Assembly (NCBI GenBank): GCA_050250895.1
Contig: JBFWNU010000001.1
Span: forward strand, 520,008 to 584,007
From: Vulcanimicrobiota bacterium
GTDB lineage: Bacteria; Vulcanimicrobiota; Xenobia; Xenobiales; JADMJV01
Length of the DNA stretch: 64,000 bases
Direction of reading: 5' to 3'
The notes beneath the pieces were generated by a model. It worked only from the letters and a program-made list of their open reading frames with translations. It had not been told where the DNA came from and made no database searches. Position 1 is the first letter of the stretch, and each line of letters starts with the position of its first letter. The translations under genes and the position numbers were made by a program. This document shows, piece by piece, positions 10,767-21,490 of the stretch.

Positions 10767-12596
10767 ATGGCCTCGCTTCTCTCAGAAAAGCTGCGCCAAC
10801 TGCCCGATTCACCCGGAGTTTATCTGCATAAAGATAAACAGGGGAGAGTTCTCTACGTGGGCAAGGCGGCCTCGCTCAAAAGTCGGGTTCGTTCCTATTT
10901 TCAAGCAGGCAGCGACCTTTCTCCCAAGTTACGCTGGATGGTCAGCCGCGTTCACGACATCGAGACCATCCTGGTCGACAGCGAACTCGAGGCCCTGATC
11001 CTCGAGTGCAACCTGATCAAACAGTACCGTCCCTACTTTAACGTCAAGTATCGCGACGACAAGCGCTATCCCATGCTCGAGGTGACCACGGGCGACGACT
11101 ATCCCACCCTCAAGGTGGTCCGCCGGGCCCGCTCGGGCAAGCACCGCTACTTCGGTCCTTACCCCGATGCGGGGGCGCTGCGCCGCACCATCAAGATCCT
11201 GCAGCGAGTCTTCCGTTTGCGCACCTGCAAGCTCGATATGAACAAGGTTCAGGAACGGCCCTGCCTTGACTACTATATCGAGCTGTGCACGGCCCCTTGC
11301 ACCCGATTTGTGTCGGTCGACGACTATCGGGCCCAGGTGGATCAAGCCATCGAGTTTCTCGAGGGCCACTCTGACGCTCTGATCACCCGCCTCACCGACG
11401 AGATGCAGGTCCAGGCCCAGGCGCTCAACTTCGAGCGCTGTGCCCGCCTGCGCGACATGGTCACCGATTTGTCTCGCATCGCTCAGAAACAGAAGATCGT
11501 CAGTCGCAACCGCAACGACTTCGAGGACTATATCGCCATCGAGTCGCACCGGGACCTGGTCGTGGCTCACGTGCTCCAGGTACGCGAGGGCAAGCTGACG
11601 GGCCAGAGTTCCTTCTTTCTCGACTCTCACGGGGGGGCCGACCCGGCCGAGCAGATGTCGGCCTTCCTCAAGCAGTACTACGGAGCCAATATCACCGTCC
11701 CCCGCCGCGTGTTGGTCTCGCTCTGGCCTGAAGACGCGCCGGTGGTAGCCGAGTGGCTCGAATCGCGCAGCCAACACCGGGTGGAACTACGAGCCCCCCA
11801 ACGCGGCGACAAGAAACAGCTGATGGAACTGTGCCACAAGAACGCTCGCCAGGCCCTGGAAGCCGAGTCGGCTAACCCTTCTCGCTTCGAGGCCCGTCGA
11901 GTCGGCCTGGAAGAGCTGCGCAGCGCCATCGGGCTCGAAGAGCCGCCCTGGCGCCTGGAGTGCGTCGACATCTCCAACACCCACGGCAAACAGGCCGTGG
12001 GCTCGCTGGTGGTTTTCGAGCACGGTATCCCCCGCAAAGACCAGTATCGTCGCTTTCGCATTCGCTCAGGAGACACCCCCGATGACTTTCGCATGATGCA
12101 CGAAGTGCTCACCCGCCGCTTTCGCGATCTCTCCGACAGCCGTAAGTTCGAGAGCTTGCCCGAACTGCTGGTGGTCGACGGCGGTAAGGGTCAGCTGGGT
12201 ATGGCCGTACGGGCCCTGCGCGAGCTGGATTTGCTGGACCGCGTGCCGGTGGTGGGTTTGGCCAAGGAGAATGAATGGATCTTCGCTCCCGGACATCCAG
12301 AGCCGATCGAACTGGCACCCGGCTCGAAGGGGCTCGCCCTCATCACCCATCTGCGCGACGAGGCCCATCGTTTCGCCATCACCTATCACCGCAGCTTGCG
12401 CCAGCGTAAGCTGCGCCAGTCGGCCCTCGACCAGGCACCCGGCATTGGGGCCGGACGCAAGAAGGCGCTACTCACCCATTTTGGCTCCCTGAAGGGCCTC
12501 TTGGCGGCCACCCCCGAGCAGATGGCCCAGGTAGAGGGTATCGGTCCCAAGCTGGCCGGGCAACTCCATCACTATCTCCACGAGGGCGAAACTTGA
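10767..12596 (+). CDS. uvrC: excinuclease ABC subunit C
   Basis: PGVYL..LYVGKA GIY-YIG domain, DISNTHG, VVDGGKGQ, RDEAHRFA, HhH motifs. Confidence 0.96.
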   Translation: MASLLSEKLRQLPDSPGVYLHKDKQGRVLYVGKAASLKSRVRSYFQAGSDLSPKLRWMVSRVHDIETILVDSELEALILECNLIKQYRPYFNVKYRDDKRYPMLEVTTGDDYPTLKVVRRARSGKHRYFGPYPDAGALRRTIKILQRVFRLRTCKLDMNKVQERPCLDYYIELCTAPCTRFVSVDDYRAQVDQAIEFLEGHSDALITRLTDEMQVQAQALNFERCARLRDMVTDLSRIAQKQKIVSRNRNDFEDYIAIESHRDLVVAHVLQVREGKLTGQSSFFLDSHGGADPAEQMSAFLKQYYGANITVPRRVLVSLWPEDAPVVAEWLESRSQHRVELRAPQRGDKKQLMELCHKNARQALEAESANPSRFEARRVGLEELRSAIGLEEPPWRLECVDISNTHGKQAVGSLVVFEHGIPRKDQYRRFRIRSGDTPDDFRMMHEVLTRRFRDLSDSRKFESLPELLVVDGGKGQLGMAVRALRELDLLDRVPVVGLAKENEWIFAPGHPEPIELAPGSKGLALITHLRDEAHRFAITYHRSLRQRKLRQSALDQAPGIGAGRKKALLTHFGSLKGLLAATPEQMAQVEGIGPKLAGQLHHYLHEGET

Positions 12597-14470
12597 AGCG
12601 CGAGGGGCTCCTGGTGGGGGCCTTGCTACTGGCTGTCTTCGCCTGGACCTTCGAACCTCTCGTGGTTTTCGACCTCTGGTTCTATCTCCGCATGGGAGAA
12701 GAGATCGTGACCAGCGGCTCGATCCCGCACTACGTGAACTTTCTTTCGACCAACGACATCTATCCCCCCAGCTATGACATCAACCCCGAGTGGGGCACCT
12801 CGGTCCTGGTCTATCTGGTCCACCAGGCGTTCGGCAACCTGGGGCTGGTAGCCACGAAGGCCCTGCTGCTCACCGGGCTGGCGGCCCTGATCTATGCGGG
12901 GGCGCGCCTGGAAGAACTCGACCCCGTGCCGGCGGTCCTGCTGACCGCGCTCGGCATGCTGGCCTTACGGAGCCGGTTCATGCTCAGGGCCGTACTCTTC
13001 ACCGACGTTTTTCTGAGTCTGTTGGTGGTGCTGGTCTTGCTGGCCGAGCGCGGCAAGCTCAAGCACTTCGCCTGGCTGATGCTGCCGCTTTTTGCCATCT
13101 GGTCCAACTTTCACCAGGGCTCGATCAGCGGACTCATCCTGCTGGGTGCCTACGGTTTCGGTAGCCTGCTGGAGCGCAAAGAGGCGCCGCTACGGCCCGG
13201 CCAACTGGGGCTGGCCGGCGGCCTGGCCCTGCTGGGCACCATCTGCCGCCCGGGAGGTTATCTTCTCTATCCGTGGACGCTCGAGCACATGCGACGCAAG
13301 CTGCCCCTGGACTGGGTGCTCGAGTGGGAACCGATCGGCCACGGCTGGTGGCTGACACCGCTTGGACCCTACGTGGCTGTAGCCGTCGTGGCCTTCGCTC
13401 TGGCCACCCGGCGCCGGATTCGCTGGTCTCATCTACTGGTGTGCCTGACCTATTTCTTCTTTGCCTTTCGCTACAATCGGGCCCTGGGCGAACTGATTCC
13501 GGTAGCGACCCCGCTCATCGGGGCCGCCCTGGCCCGCGGTGGACTGCGACTCGACCCCGTCTGGGGCCGGCGACTGATGGCGGCCCTGGCGGGTACCGGG
13601 CTAATTCTGACAGGGGTCTTTGCGGCCAGCCCGCGGCGCCATGACTTCAATCTGAGTGCTGGTCTCTACCCTTTAGGAGCGGTCGAATACCTGGCTCAAC
13701 ATCCGCCCACGGGTCGAATCTTCAACTCGTATGAATACGGAGGTTTTCTGGCCTGGCGCCACCTGCCCCCCTTCGTCCACGGGATCACCTCGATCTATCC
13801 CGATCAGTTGCTCACCGACCACATCGACATTCTCTATCAGGACAAGCGAGCCGAACTGCTGGACCGCTACCAGATCGAAGTGGTGCTGATGCACTCTCCC
13901 CAGGGCGCCGAGATCGGCCTGGTCCACTATCTCTATCAGGCTCCCCAGTGGCAGCTGGTGTATTTCGACGACGCCGGGCTCATGTTCTGGCGCGGCAAAA
14001 GCCCTACCCCACCTTTCAAGTGGCTGCGCCCGGGCACGGACCAGCCGCTCGACGGCCCGCCCGACCAGTTGGCCGCCGAACTCGAACGGGCCCGCCAATT
14101 GGCCCCCCGGGCCGGTAAGCCGATCGAGCTAGAGGCCGAGCTGGCCCTTAGCCAGCAGCAACTCGACCGAGCTCTGGAGTTGTGCCGGCAGGGCTTGGAG
14201 CTGCATCCCGATTATTATCTCTTCTGGCTCAAGCAAGGCGCCATTTTGCATCGGATGGGCCGGTCGCAAGAAGCGGTCACAGCGCTCCGCCAGGCTACCC
14301 GGTTCGCTCCCGATTCGCCCATCGCCCACTTCAACCTGGCGGTGGCCTGCGTCGCGCTGGCCAGGACCGAGCCCGGTTATCTAGCCGAGGCACGCCGGGC
14401 CGCCCATCGGGCCCTCGAACTCGATCCCGGCATGCAGGCCGCCCGTCAGTTAGTCGACGGGCTGGAATAA
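12593..14470 (+). CDS. polytopic membrane protein (GT-C-like) with C-terminal TPRs
   Basis: DLWFYLRMGEEIV..G.IP N-terminal loop, about 11 hydrophobic segments, IFNSYEYGGFL, TPR-like APDSPIAHFNLA. Confidence 0.7.
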   Translation: MKREGLLVGALLLAVFAWTFEPLVVFDLWFYLRMGEEIVTSGSIPHYVNFLSTNDIYPPSYDINPEWGTSVLVYLVHQAFGNLGLVATKALLLTGLAALIYAGARLEELDPVPAVLLTALGMLALRSRFMLRAVLFTDVFLSLLVVLVLLAERGKLKHFAWLMLPLFAIWSNFHQGSISGLILLGAYGFGSLLERKEAPLRPGQLGLAGGLALLGTICRPGGYLLYPWTLEHMRRKLPLDWVLEWEPIGHGWWLTPLGPYVAVAVVAFALATRRRIRWSHLLVCLTYFFFAFRYNRALGELIPVATPLIGAALARGGLRLDPVWGRRLMAALAGTGLILTGVFAASPRRHDFNLSAGLYPLGAVEYLAQHPPTGRIFNSYEYGGFLAWRHLPPFVHGITSIYPDQLLTDHIDILYQDKRAELLDRYQIEVVLMHSPQGAEIGLVHYLYQAPQWQLVYFDDAGLMFWRGKSPTPPFKWLRPGTDQPLDGPPDQLAAELERARQLAPRAGKPIELEAELALSQQQLDRALELCRQGLELHPDYYLFWLKQGAILHRMGRSQEAVTALRQATRFAPDSPIAHFNLAVACVALARTEPGYLAEARRAAHRALELDPGMQAARQLVDGLE

Positions 14471-15030
14471 CCGCCGAAGAGCCAGTTGCCGAGCGCGGCC
14501 GGGTCGTCCGAGAAGTAGAACTCCAACACCATGTCGATGACCTCGTCGCGACCCAGGCGACCGTCACCATGAACATCGAGCTTGCCGAAGCACTCCTGGA
14601 CCCTGCCCGCATCGACTCCGTGGGCCAGGCAAAAAGCTCGGTATTCCTCCAGGCTCACCGTCCCGTTGCCGCGGACATCGAGCAACTCGAAAAACTGGCG
14701 AGCCATCGCTTCGAACGGACTGCGATAGTCACTCGACTCAGCGCGCTGGCGACGGTCTTCCTCCAGAGCGGCGTTGAGATAATCCAGCCACTCTTGCAGG
14801 CTGATCTGGCCGTCTCCGTTAGCGTCGCACAGGCTCTGCAGCAATCGCCACATGCCATAGTAGCGCTCGCTCAGGCGCTCGAGGGTGCCTGGATCGTCTT
14901 GCACGCCGCGGTCCTGGGCCAGGCGATGCAAGGCCTTCTCGAAGTCACGCCGCTCGACCACACCGTTTTTGTCGACATCCAGAAAGTCGAACTTGCTCTG
15001 GAACTTCTCGATTTGCAGATCGCTGAGCAC
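14446..15030 (-). CDS. EF-hand calcium-binding protein (calerythrin-like)
   Basis: Four loops: DVDKNGVVE, DANGDGQIS, DVRGNGTVS, DVHGDGRLG; C-terminal GNWLFG. Confidence 0.9.
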   Translation of the reverse strand: MLSDLQIEKFQSKFDFLDVDKNGVVERRDFEKALHRLAQDRGVQDDPGTLERLSERYYGMWRLLQSLCDANGDGQISLQEWLDYLNAALEEDRRQRAESSDYRSPFEAMARQFFELLDVRGNGTVSLEEYRAFCLAHGVDAGRVQECFGKLDVHGDGRLGRDEVIDMVLEFYFSDDPAALGNWLFGGYSSPSTN

Positions 15031-15080
15031 AAGGCGGCGTTCGACGCCCGTCGCAGCGCTACCTCCGCCGCCTGGCGGGG

Positions 15081-16823
15081 CTAAAGCCCAATGTCCTTAA
15101 GAGTCTGCTCCAGGGTCGAGATGGTATACGGCTTCATCATCACGCCATCGGCCTGCTCCAGGTCTCCCCCGTCGAGGGCGCGGCGATAGCCGGTGGAGAG
15201 AATGATCCGGGCTGACGGCGCCAGCTGGCGAAGGATGGGCAGGACCTCGAGCCCGCTGACGCCCGGCATCACCAGATCGAGAATGATCACATCAATCTCG
15301 CCACCCTCTCGCTCCAGATAGCTGCGCGCTTCTTCGGCGCTGGCCACCGAATCGACTCGGTAGCCGAGATAGACCAAGAGCTGGGTGGCAGTCTCACGAA
15401 CCACCTGCATGTCGTCGACCACCAGCGCCCGCCGGCTGTCTCGGTTCAAATTGGCCGGAGGAGTTTCGGCGGGAACGCTCTTCAAAGCCGGAAACCTCAC
15501 TTCGAAGGTCGTACCTTTGCCGGGGGCTGACTCGACCGTCATCTGGCCTTCGTGACTTTCGACCAGGGCGTAGACCATAGGCAGACCCATGCCTGTTCCC
15601 TCGCCCCGGGCCTTGGTGGTGAAGAACGGCTCGAAGATGCGCTCCTTGACCTCAGGCTCCATGCCGGCCCCGGTGTCCTCGACCCGCAACACCAGCTGAG
15701 AGCCCTCGAGGCTGGTGTGGAAAGTCAGGGTTCCGCCGTCGGGCATGGCGTCGCGGGCGTTGACGGCCAGGTTCACCAAAATCTGGCACAACTGGGTCGA
15801 ATCACCCAGCAAAACGGCCGGACTGGCCTCGAAGCTGCAGCGCGTGTGCACGTCTTTGCCCAAGGTAGGCCTGACCAGTTCGAGACTCTCGCGAACGCTG
15901 GCGTTGAGATCCAGGGGCACCCGTTCGCGCACCTCGCGGCGAGCGAACCCCAGCAATTGGCGGGTAAGGTGAGAAGCCTTCTCGGCCGCATTGACGATGG
16001 ATTCGAGCGAGGCTCTGGTGGTCTGGGGGTCGGTAGCCACCCCTCTCAGTAAGATGTCGGCGTGAGCCAGAATGCCCATCAGCAGATTGTTGAAATCGTG
16101 AGCGACTCCCCCGGCCAGACGCCCGATGGCGTCCATCTTCTGGGTCTGCAACAACTGCGCCTGAGCTTCACGCAGGTTCTCTTCGGCGGCCTTGCGGGCA
16201 GTGATGTCGCGCAATGAGAAAAGGCGGGCCGGTACGCCCTCCCAATCGAGTTCGACCACCCGAGACTCGAGGATAAGCTGGCCGGGACTGACCCACTCTT
16301 CCGCCTCGGGATCGAGCTCGACCTGCAGGCCAGGCTTCCAACCCATGAGCTGCTCGGCCACCTCATTGCTGTAAAGCACCTTACCCTCGAGGCTGATGAC
16401 GCCCACCCCGTCGGCGCTGACCCGCAGCGCCTTCTTGATGGTGGCCCGCGAGGCGTGGCGCTCGATGGCGTGGCGTAGGGCACGGGCGATGACCCGCCCC
16501 GAATCGACCCCCTTGATGAGATAGTCTTCAGCCTCTGCCTGCAAGGCCCGACTGGCCATTTCGCGGTCGTCGAGCCCGGTCAAGACCACCACCGGGATAT
16601 CGGATTCGAACGACCTCACCCGAAAGATGGAGTCGGGCCCGCGGCCGTCGGGCAAGCCCATGTCGAGCAAGACGGCGTCGAACTCCTGAGCTTCAAGCAA
16701 CTGCGAAGCCTCGGCCAGCGAGCTTGCCAGAGTTACCGAGACCTTGTCGGCCATGCTGGTCTCGAGTTCATCCTGCAAAAGCATCGCGTCGGCTGGATTG
16801 TCCTCTACCAGTAGCACCCTCAC
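15081..16823 (-). CDS. hybrid histidine kinase REC-PAS-HisKA-HATPase-REC
   Basis: [43 protein letters not shown]. Confidence 0.93.
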   Translation of the reverse strand: MRVLLVEDNPADAMLLQDELETSMADKVSVTLASSLAEASQLLEAQEFDAVLLDMGLPDGRGPDSIFRVRSFESDIPVVVLTGLDDREMASRALQAEAEDYLIKGVDSGRVIARALRHAIERHASRATIKKALRVSADGVGVISLEGKVLYSNEVAEQLMGWKPGLQVELDPEAEEWVSPGQLILESRVVELDWEGVPARLFSLRDITARKAAEENLREAQAQLLQTQKMDAIGRLAGGVAHDFNNLLMGILAHADILLRGVATDPQTTRASLESIVNAAEKASHLTRQLLGFARREVRERVPLDLNASVRESLELVRPTLGKDVHTRCSFEASPAVLLGDSTQLCQILVNLAVNARDAMPDGGTLTFHTSLEGSQLVLRVEDTGAGMEPEVKERIFEPFFTTKARGEGTGMGLPMVYALVESHEGQMTVESAPGKGTTFEVRFPALKSVPAETPPANLNRDSRRALVVDDMQVVRETATQLLVYLGYRVDSVASAEEARSYLEREGGEIDVIILDLVMPGVSGLEVLPILRQLAPSARIILSTGYRRALDGGDLEQADGVMMKPYTISTLEQTLKDIGL

Positions 16824-16870
16824 GCAGCGGGTTTCGATCTCGTCAGGCCGATCTCTTCTCGATCGCGCCC

Positions 16871-16897
16871 TTAAGTCTTCGGGCTTTCTGCCGAGAA
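16871..16897 (+). promoter_or_regulatory. putative sigma-28 promoter
   Basis: TTAA-N15-GCCGAGAA upstream of the response regulator. Confidence 0.5.
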
Positions 16898-16946
16898 ACT
16901 CGGTGAGAACAACCCCAATATTCTCACCGAGAGACTCGGAGGAAAC

Positions 16947-17327
16947 ATGAAGAACATCCTGATTATCGACGACCAGGCCTTGCTCCGGCGGCTTGTCTTT
17001 GATGCTTTAACCCGAAGCTATCCCCAAGCATGCGTGACCCAGGCCGAAAATGGCCGACAGGCAATCGAACTCATGAGCTCGAACCGCTATGACCTGGTCA
17101 TCTGTGACGTGGTCATGCCCCAGGTCGACGGCTTCGAAGTGCTGCGCTGGCTACGAGAAGAGAGTTCACAGACCGAGGTTCCCTGTGTCATGTTGACGGG
17201 CGAAACCAGGGCCGACGACATCGTCAATGGCTGGCGCCTGGGCGCGACCAGCTATGTAACCAAGCCCTTCAATGTGGATACCCTGATCGAGGCCGTAGAA
17301 GCTTACCTTACGGAAGCCGCCGCCTAG
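16947..17327 (+). CDS. single-domain response regulator
   Basis: ILIIDD, CDVVMP, MLTG, TKPF. Confidence 0.92.
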   Translation: MKNILIIDDQALLRRLVFDALTRSYPQACVTQAENGRQAIELMSSNRYDLVICDVVMPQVDGFEVLRWLREESSQTEVPCVMLTGETRADDIVNGWRLGATSYVTKPFNVDTLIEAVEAYLTEAAA

Positions 17328-17348
17328 GGCCGACAGCCTGAACCCACG

Positions 17349-17379
17349 AAGAGGGCCCGTAGGATTACGGGCCCTCTTT
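17349..17379. terminator. intrinsic terminator between convergent genes
   Basis: AAGAGGGCCCGTA-GGAT-TACGGGCCCTCTT. Confidence 0.8.
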
Positions 17380-17390
17380 GCATGAGCTTC

Positions 17391-18866
17391 TCAGACGCTG
17401 ACCCTGGCCCGGCCCAGCCCCGCCTCGATCATCTTGATCAACTCGCTGAGATCGAACGGTTTGCGCAGAAACGACAGACAGCCATTCTTGAGCATCTCGG
17501 ACACGCGCACATTGGCCGTATATCCGCTCATCAAGACCACCTTGACCTGGGGATTGATGGCCCGCAGCTTTTCGAAGCAGGCGGCGCCGCCCATCTCGGG
17601 CATCACCAGGTCGAGCACCACCAGATCGATCGATTCTGGCTCATAGAGCTCGAGCGCTTCTATCCCATTGCTAGCCAGCACGACGTTGTAGCCCGACTTG
17701 GTAAGCGCAGCGCGGCCCACGGCCCGGATGGCCTCTTCGTCGTCGACCAGAAGAATGGTTTCGCCCCGACCGGGCCGAGCCAGCCCTTCTCGTCGCGGTG
17801 CCGCAGGCGCAGGCACGCCTTCGCTGCGACGACCCGGCAGGCTGAGGATGCGGGCCCGATCCGAGCCGACCGAACTCAGAGCGACTCTGCCCCCCAATTC
17901 GCGGGCAGCCTTCTGAATAGCCATCAAGCGAGGGCTCTGATCGGCTTCAAATCCAAGACCGGTAAAGGTCTCGCCGTGGGAAACGATCTCTACCAGCAAA
18001 TTATGACCGGTAAGATTCGCCCGAAATGTCAAAACCCCCCGCCCGCTCAGCTCATCGGCGCCATCGAGAGCCATCATCATCAACAGGCGCCGCAATCGCT
18101 CGGCGTCGACCGCAAGGCTGGCTTCTTGAAAGACGATTTCTGAACGAACCTCGAGAGTTCGCGGCAGAGTGTGGCGCAAAAGCGGAATCAGCTCTCGTAG
18201 CAGCTCGAAGGGGTTGACGTCCACCACTTGCGAGGCGGCCTCGCCTTCGAAGCTGGCCAGGCGATTGGTCAGTGACAAACCTCGACTGATGGCCTTTTGG
18301 ATCTGCTCGACCAGCTCGGCCGCCGGTCCCTGGTGGGGGATTTCGCGGACCAGCAACTCGGTCAGGCCTGCCACCGCCGTCAAAAGATTGTTGAAGGTGT
18401 GGGCCGTCCCGGCCGCCAGCAGGGAGTTCGAAGTCACTTCTTCGCCCGTCTCCAAATCCAACTCGGGCAGGGCGCAGATCCTGACCTCCACCAGTGAGCC
18501 ATCGCCAAAGCGAGTGTTTTGGCCACGCACCTCAAGCCCATGTCCCGGCAGACGCCGTTGAAAGACTTCGTTCGCAGTCAGAGCCTCGCGCAGGACCGCT
18601 ACCAGGGCGGCCCATCGGGCATCCCCACTGGGGGGGAGCATTTCCGACAGCTCGCGATGAGTCGAGATGAATCCGACCGAGGGCAGGCCCAGCAACGTCT
18701 TGGCCTGGCGGTTGGCAAATAGAAGTCGCCCGTCCTGCAGCACGAGAACCCCATCAGGAGAGGCCTCGTTGAGGATCTTGAGCTTTTCGAGCGGATCGAC
18801 CAGGGCTCGAATCAAGTCGGTGACGCTGCGGCTGCCGTAGCTCTTGGTTTCATGATTTTCTCTCAC
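17391..18866 (-). CDS. hybrid kinase-like protein: PAS, HisKA, degenerate HATPase, intact REC
   Basis: AHTFNNLL keeps the His; N, G1, F and G2 boxes not recognisable; ILLVDDE..LDLVMP..KPF. Confidence 0.82.
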   Translation of the reverse strand: MRENHETKSYGSRSVTDLIRALVDPLEKLKILNEASPDGVLVLQDGRLLFANRQAKTLLGLPSVGFISTHRELSEMLPPSGDARWAALVAVLREALTANEVFQRRLPGHGLEVRGQNTRFGDGSLVEVRICALPELDLETGEEVTSNSLLAAGTAHTFNNLLTAVAGLTELLVREIPHQGPAAELVEQIQKAISRGLSLTNRLASFEGEAASQVVDVNPFELLRELIPLLRHTLPRTLEVRSEIVFQEASLAVDAERLRRLLMMMALDGADELSGRGVLTFRANLTGHNLLVEIVSHGETFTGLGFEADQSPRLMAIQKAARELGGRVALSSVGSDRARILSLPGRRSEGVPAPAAPRREGLARPGRGETILLVDDEEAIRAVGRAALTKSGYNVVLASNGIEALELYEPESIDLVVLDLVMPEMGGAACFEKLRAINPQVKVVLMSGYTANVRVSEMLKNGCLSFLRKPFDLSELIKMIEAGLGRARVSV

Positions 18867-18873
18867 CTATCGC

Positions 18874-18923
18874 CTATCGGCGGGTCGGGACCCGACTTAA
18901 GTCTTTTCTCAAAATGCCGAAGA
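18874..18923. promoter_or_regulatory. divergent sigma-28 promoters sharing one TTAA -35
   Basis: Minus strand TTAA-N15-GCCGATAG; plus strand TTAA-N15-GCCGAAGA; both use 18897-18900. Confidence 0.6.
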
Positions 18924-18944
18924 AACGGGCAGATGGAGGATCCA

Positions 18945-20006
18945 ATGAACCTACCTCAACGAACCTTCGAGTCGCATTTCCTGGAGCCAACGGACCTGCT
19001 CCTCTGCATCGCCGAAGAACTGCGCCAGAATCTGGGCCGGGCCAGCGGCTCGCTACGCTCGGCGCTCGATGAAGCCAGTCTGAGCAAGCCTGTCCGAACG
19101 CATTTGGACGAAGTCTGGCTAGCCTTCTTGAAACTGCAAACCTTCGCCGGCAACCTCCAGGACCTGGGACTGCTCGCCGCCCAGGGGCTGCGCCTCGAAG
19201 AGCAGTCCTTTCAGCTGATCGACTGTTTGGTCGATACGGCCGGGTCGCTGGGCATTCCCCTGGAGTGCAAGGTCACCGAAGGAACTCCCGCCCGAGTCAA
19301 GGCCGACCCCGGGCGGTTGCGTCAACTCTTCTCCTTACTGCTGGCTCGAGCCTCGCGGGGTCAAGCACTGGTCCTGTGTGTCTTGCCCGACCAACAGCAG
19401 GTCCGGTTCGAACTGGAAGAAGCCAATTGCGTGGCCCTGGCCGCGCGCCGACCCCAGGACCGCCTCAAAGGGTCCCTCTGTCGAGCCATCGTCGAGCAAC
19501 TCGGAGGTCGCCTGGAACTGCTCGATTGCGGCAGCTTCAGGCTCTGGCTGCCCCTGGCCGCGGTCGAGCAGCAGAGCGACCTGAGCGTCGGCTTAGACCT
19601 CGAGGGAGCCTCGGTGCTTCTGGCCGACCGAACCGAGGCCGGCGCCTCGATCCTGGCCACCTGGCTGGTCGGTCTGGGGCTAATCTGCGATCAGGTCAAT
19701 CAGCCTGCGGGGTGTCTCGAGCGCGTGCGCCAGCATCCCCCAGAGTTCCTCGTGGTCGATCTCAATCTGGGCGGGTTCGACTTTGTGGCCCGGCTACGCC
19801 AGGAGGTCCCTTTGACCACCCACCTGATCGTGACCACGGGTCGGGGCGAACGCGGCGATGCCGCCCGTTGCCTCGAGTTGTCGGTGTCGGCTTATCTGAC
19901 CCGTCCCCTCCAGGTGGAGGATCTCTATCTGGCGCTGGCCCTGGTTCGCGGCCAGGTCAGAGAACTGGTGACTCGCCACACCCTGCGGGAGGCTCGCAAT
20001 GCGTAG
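18945..20006 (+). CDS. degenerate hybrid kinase (pseudo-HisKA/HATPase plus REC)
   Basis: IAEELRQNL in place of the H-box, ADPGRLRQL, C-terminal receiver ending LVTRHTLREA; GGAGG RBS. Confidence 0.75.
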   Translation: MNLPQRTFESHFLEPTDLLLCIAEELRQNLGRASGSLRSALDEASLSKPVRTHLDEVWLAFLKLQTFAGNLQDLGLLAAQGLRLEEQSFQLIDCLVDTAGSLGIPLECKVTEGTPARVKADPGRLRQLFSLLLARASRGQALVLCVLPDQQQVRFELEEANCVALAARRPQDRLKGSLCRAIVEQLGGRLELLDCGSFRLWLPLAAVEQQSDLSVGLDLEGASVLLADRTEAGASILATWLVGLGLICDQVNQPAGCLERVRQHPPEFLVVDLNLGGFDFVARLRQEVPLTTHLIVTTGRGERGDAARCLELSVSAYLTRPLQVEDLYLALALVRGQVRELVTRHTLREARNA

Positions 20007-20640
20007 AATTCTCAGCCTGATGCTGCTGGGCTTGGTGTTTCTGCCCGGCTGCAAGAAAGCCAAGACCGTGCTCGACCAGAATCCGGGCTTCCAGCTGGAG
20101 ATCCCGGCCGGGTTTACCGTCGATACCAACCTCAATCCCAACAACGAGCAGGGCACGACCTGGCTTCGTGAAGATGGTCGGGCCTTGTTCGCCATCGATT
20201 TTCAACCCATGGAGGGCAGCCGCCGCTCGGCCTTGCTCGACCACGGCAAGAAGGCCTATCTGGGGCAGGTGGCCCGGGAACTCGAGCACGACCTCAGCTC
20301 CCATCTGGAAGAGTTTCACGACTTCGACAGCCGTCTGGTCGACGCGGCCGGCCAGCCTGCCCTGGAAATATCCTTTCAGACCCGCCAGGAAGGGCAGCCT
20401 TACGATGTCCATCTGCTCTTGCTGGTGGCCGACAATCAGCCTCCGAGCGAGATCATGCTCGACTATCGGCTGCCGCACGAAGACGGCGAGAAAGACGAAG
20501 CCTGGGCCAGAGTGCGAGAGACCTTTGCCTGGGTGAGCGAAGACGCCGGTGGCGAACACGGCCAGAAAGACGAGGAGCCCGCTGACGGCGAGGCAGAGCC
20601 GAAAAAAGAGAAGGCATCGGCCCATGGCAAGAGTCACTAG
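19999..20640 (+). CDS. putative lipoprotein
   Basis: MRRILSLMLLGLVFLPGC lipobox. Confidence 0.7.
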   Translation: MRRILSLMLLGLVFLPGCKKAKTVLDQNPGFQLEIPAGFTVDTNLNPNNEQGTTWLREDGRALFAIDFQPMEGSRRSALLDHGKKAYLGQVARELEHDLSSHLEEFHDFDSRLVDAAGQPALEISFQTRQEGQPYDVHLLLLVADNQPPSEIMLDYRLPHEDGEKDEAWARVRETFAWVSEDAGGEHGQKDEEPADGEAEPKKEKASAHGKSH

Positions 20641-21490
20641 ACTGATCTGTCTGCTGGGATTAGTAGGCGTACTGATCGGTTGTGGTTCCCATCAGGCCCC
20701 GAACGAGCCCGAGGAGCAGCCAACCGCGGCGGCCCACGAGACGCCCGCGGCCGAACACGGCCCGGTGCCCGAGGACGCACACGGCAAATCTGCCGAGGAA
20801 GGTCACGGCCAGAAGGCTGAGGCCTCGCCCTGGCAGCAGGCCACCCGTCAAGCACAAGAAGCGCTGACCAATCACGAGATTGATGAAGCCGAGCGACTCT
20901 GCATCGAGGCCCTGGAATTGGCCCGCCAGCCCGATCAACAGACGAATCTGGTGACCAGCCTGCACAACCTGGGTAAGGTGCGACTGGCCCAGGGTCGGCC
21001 GGATGAGGGCATCGAGCTTTTTCAGGAAGCGATACGGCTGGAAGAGCGAAAGGTCCACCCCGACCGGGCCATGCTGGCCGCCTGCTGGAACAAGTTGGGC
21101 GCCGCTCGCTACGCCGCCGAGCGCAATGATGAGGCGATCGAAGCTTTAAAACGCGGCCTGGAGGTGCTGGAGGAAGAGAACTTCTATCGCGGTCAGCGCG
21201 GTGAGATGCTCTCGAACCTGACCAAGCTGTATCAGGCCACCGGGCGCAAAACCGATATGGAGGCTGTCCAGGAACGGTTGCGCCGGCTCAGGGTGCCGGA
21301 TGCCCCGCCGCCAGAGAAGGGCACCCCCTGTGCCTGGTGGATGGTCCGGGTTTACCCCGAGCCTCTCTACCGCCGCGCCGCAGTCCGCTATCGGCAACGT
21401 CAGGTGCCTCCCGACCGGAGGATGGCGGTCACTCGCTTTCTTCAGAGGAGTTGGCCGAGTTCTGAGCCTGAGAAAGAATCGGGTCACTAG
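20624..21490 (+). CDS. TPR lipoprotein
   Basis: LIGC lipobox; TSLHNLGKV, WNKLGAA, LSNLTKLY TPR-like repeats. Confidence 0.75.
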   Translation: MARVTRLICLLGLVGVLIGCGSHQAPNEPEEQPTAAAHETPAAEHGPVPEDAHGKSAEEGHGQKAEASPWQQATRQAQEALTNHEIDEAERLCIEALELARQPDQQTNLVTSLHNLGKVRLAQGRPDEGIELFQEAIRLEERKVHPDRAMLAACWNKLGAARYAAERNDEAIEALKRGLEVLEEENFYRGQRGEMLSNLTKLYQATGRKTDMEAVQERLRRLRVPDAPPPEKGTPCAWWMVRVYPEPLYRRAAVRYRQRQVPPDRRMAVTRFLQRSWPSSEPEKESGH

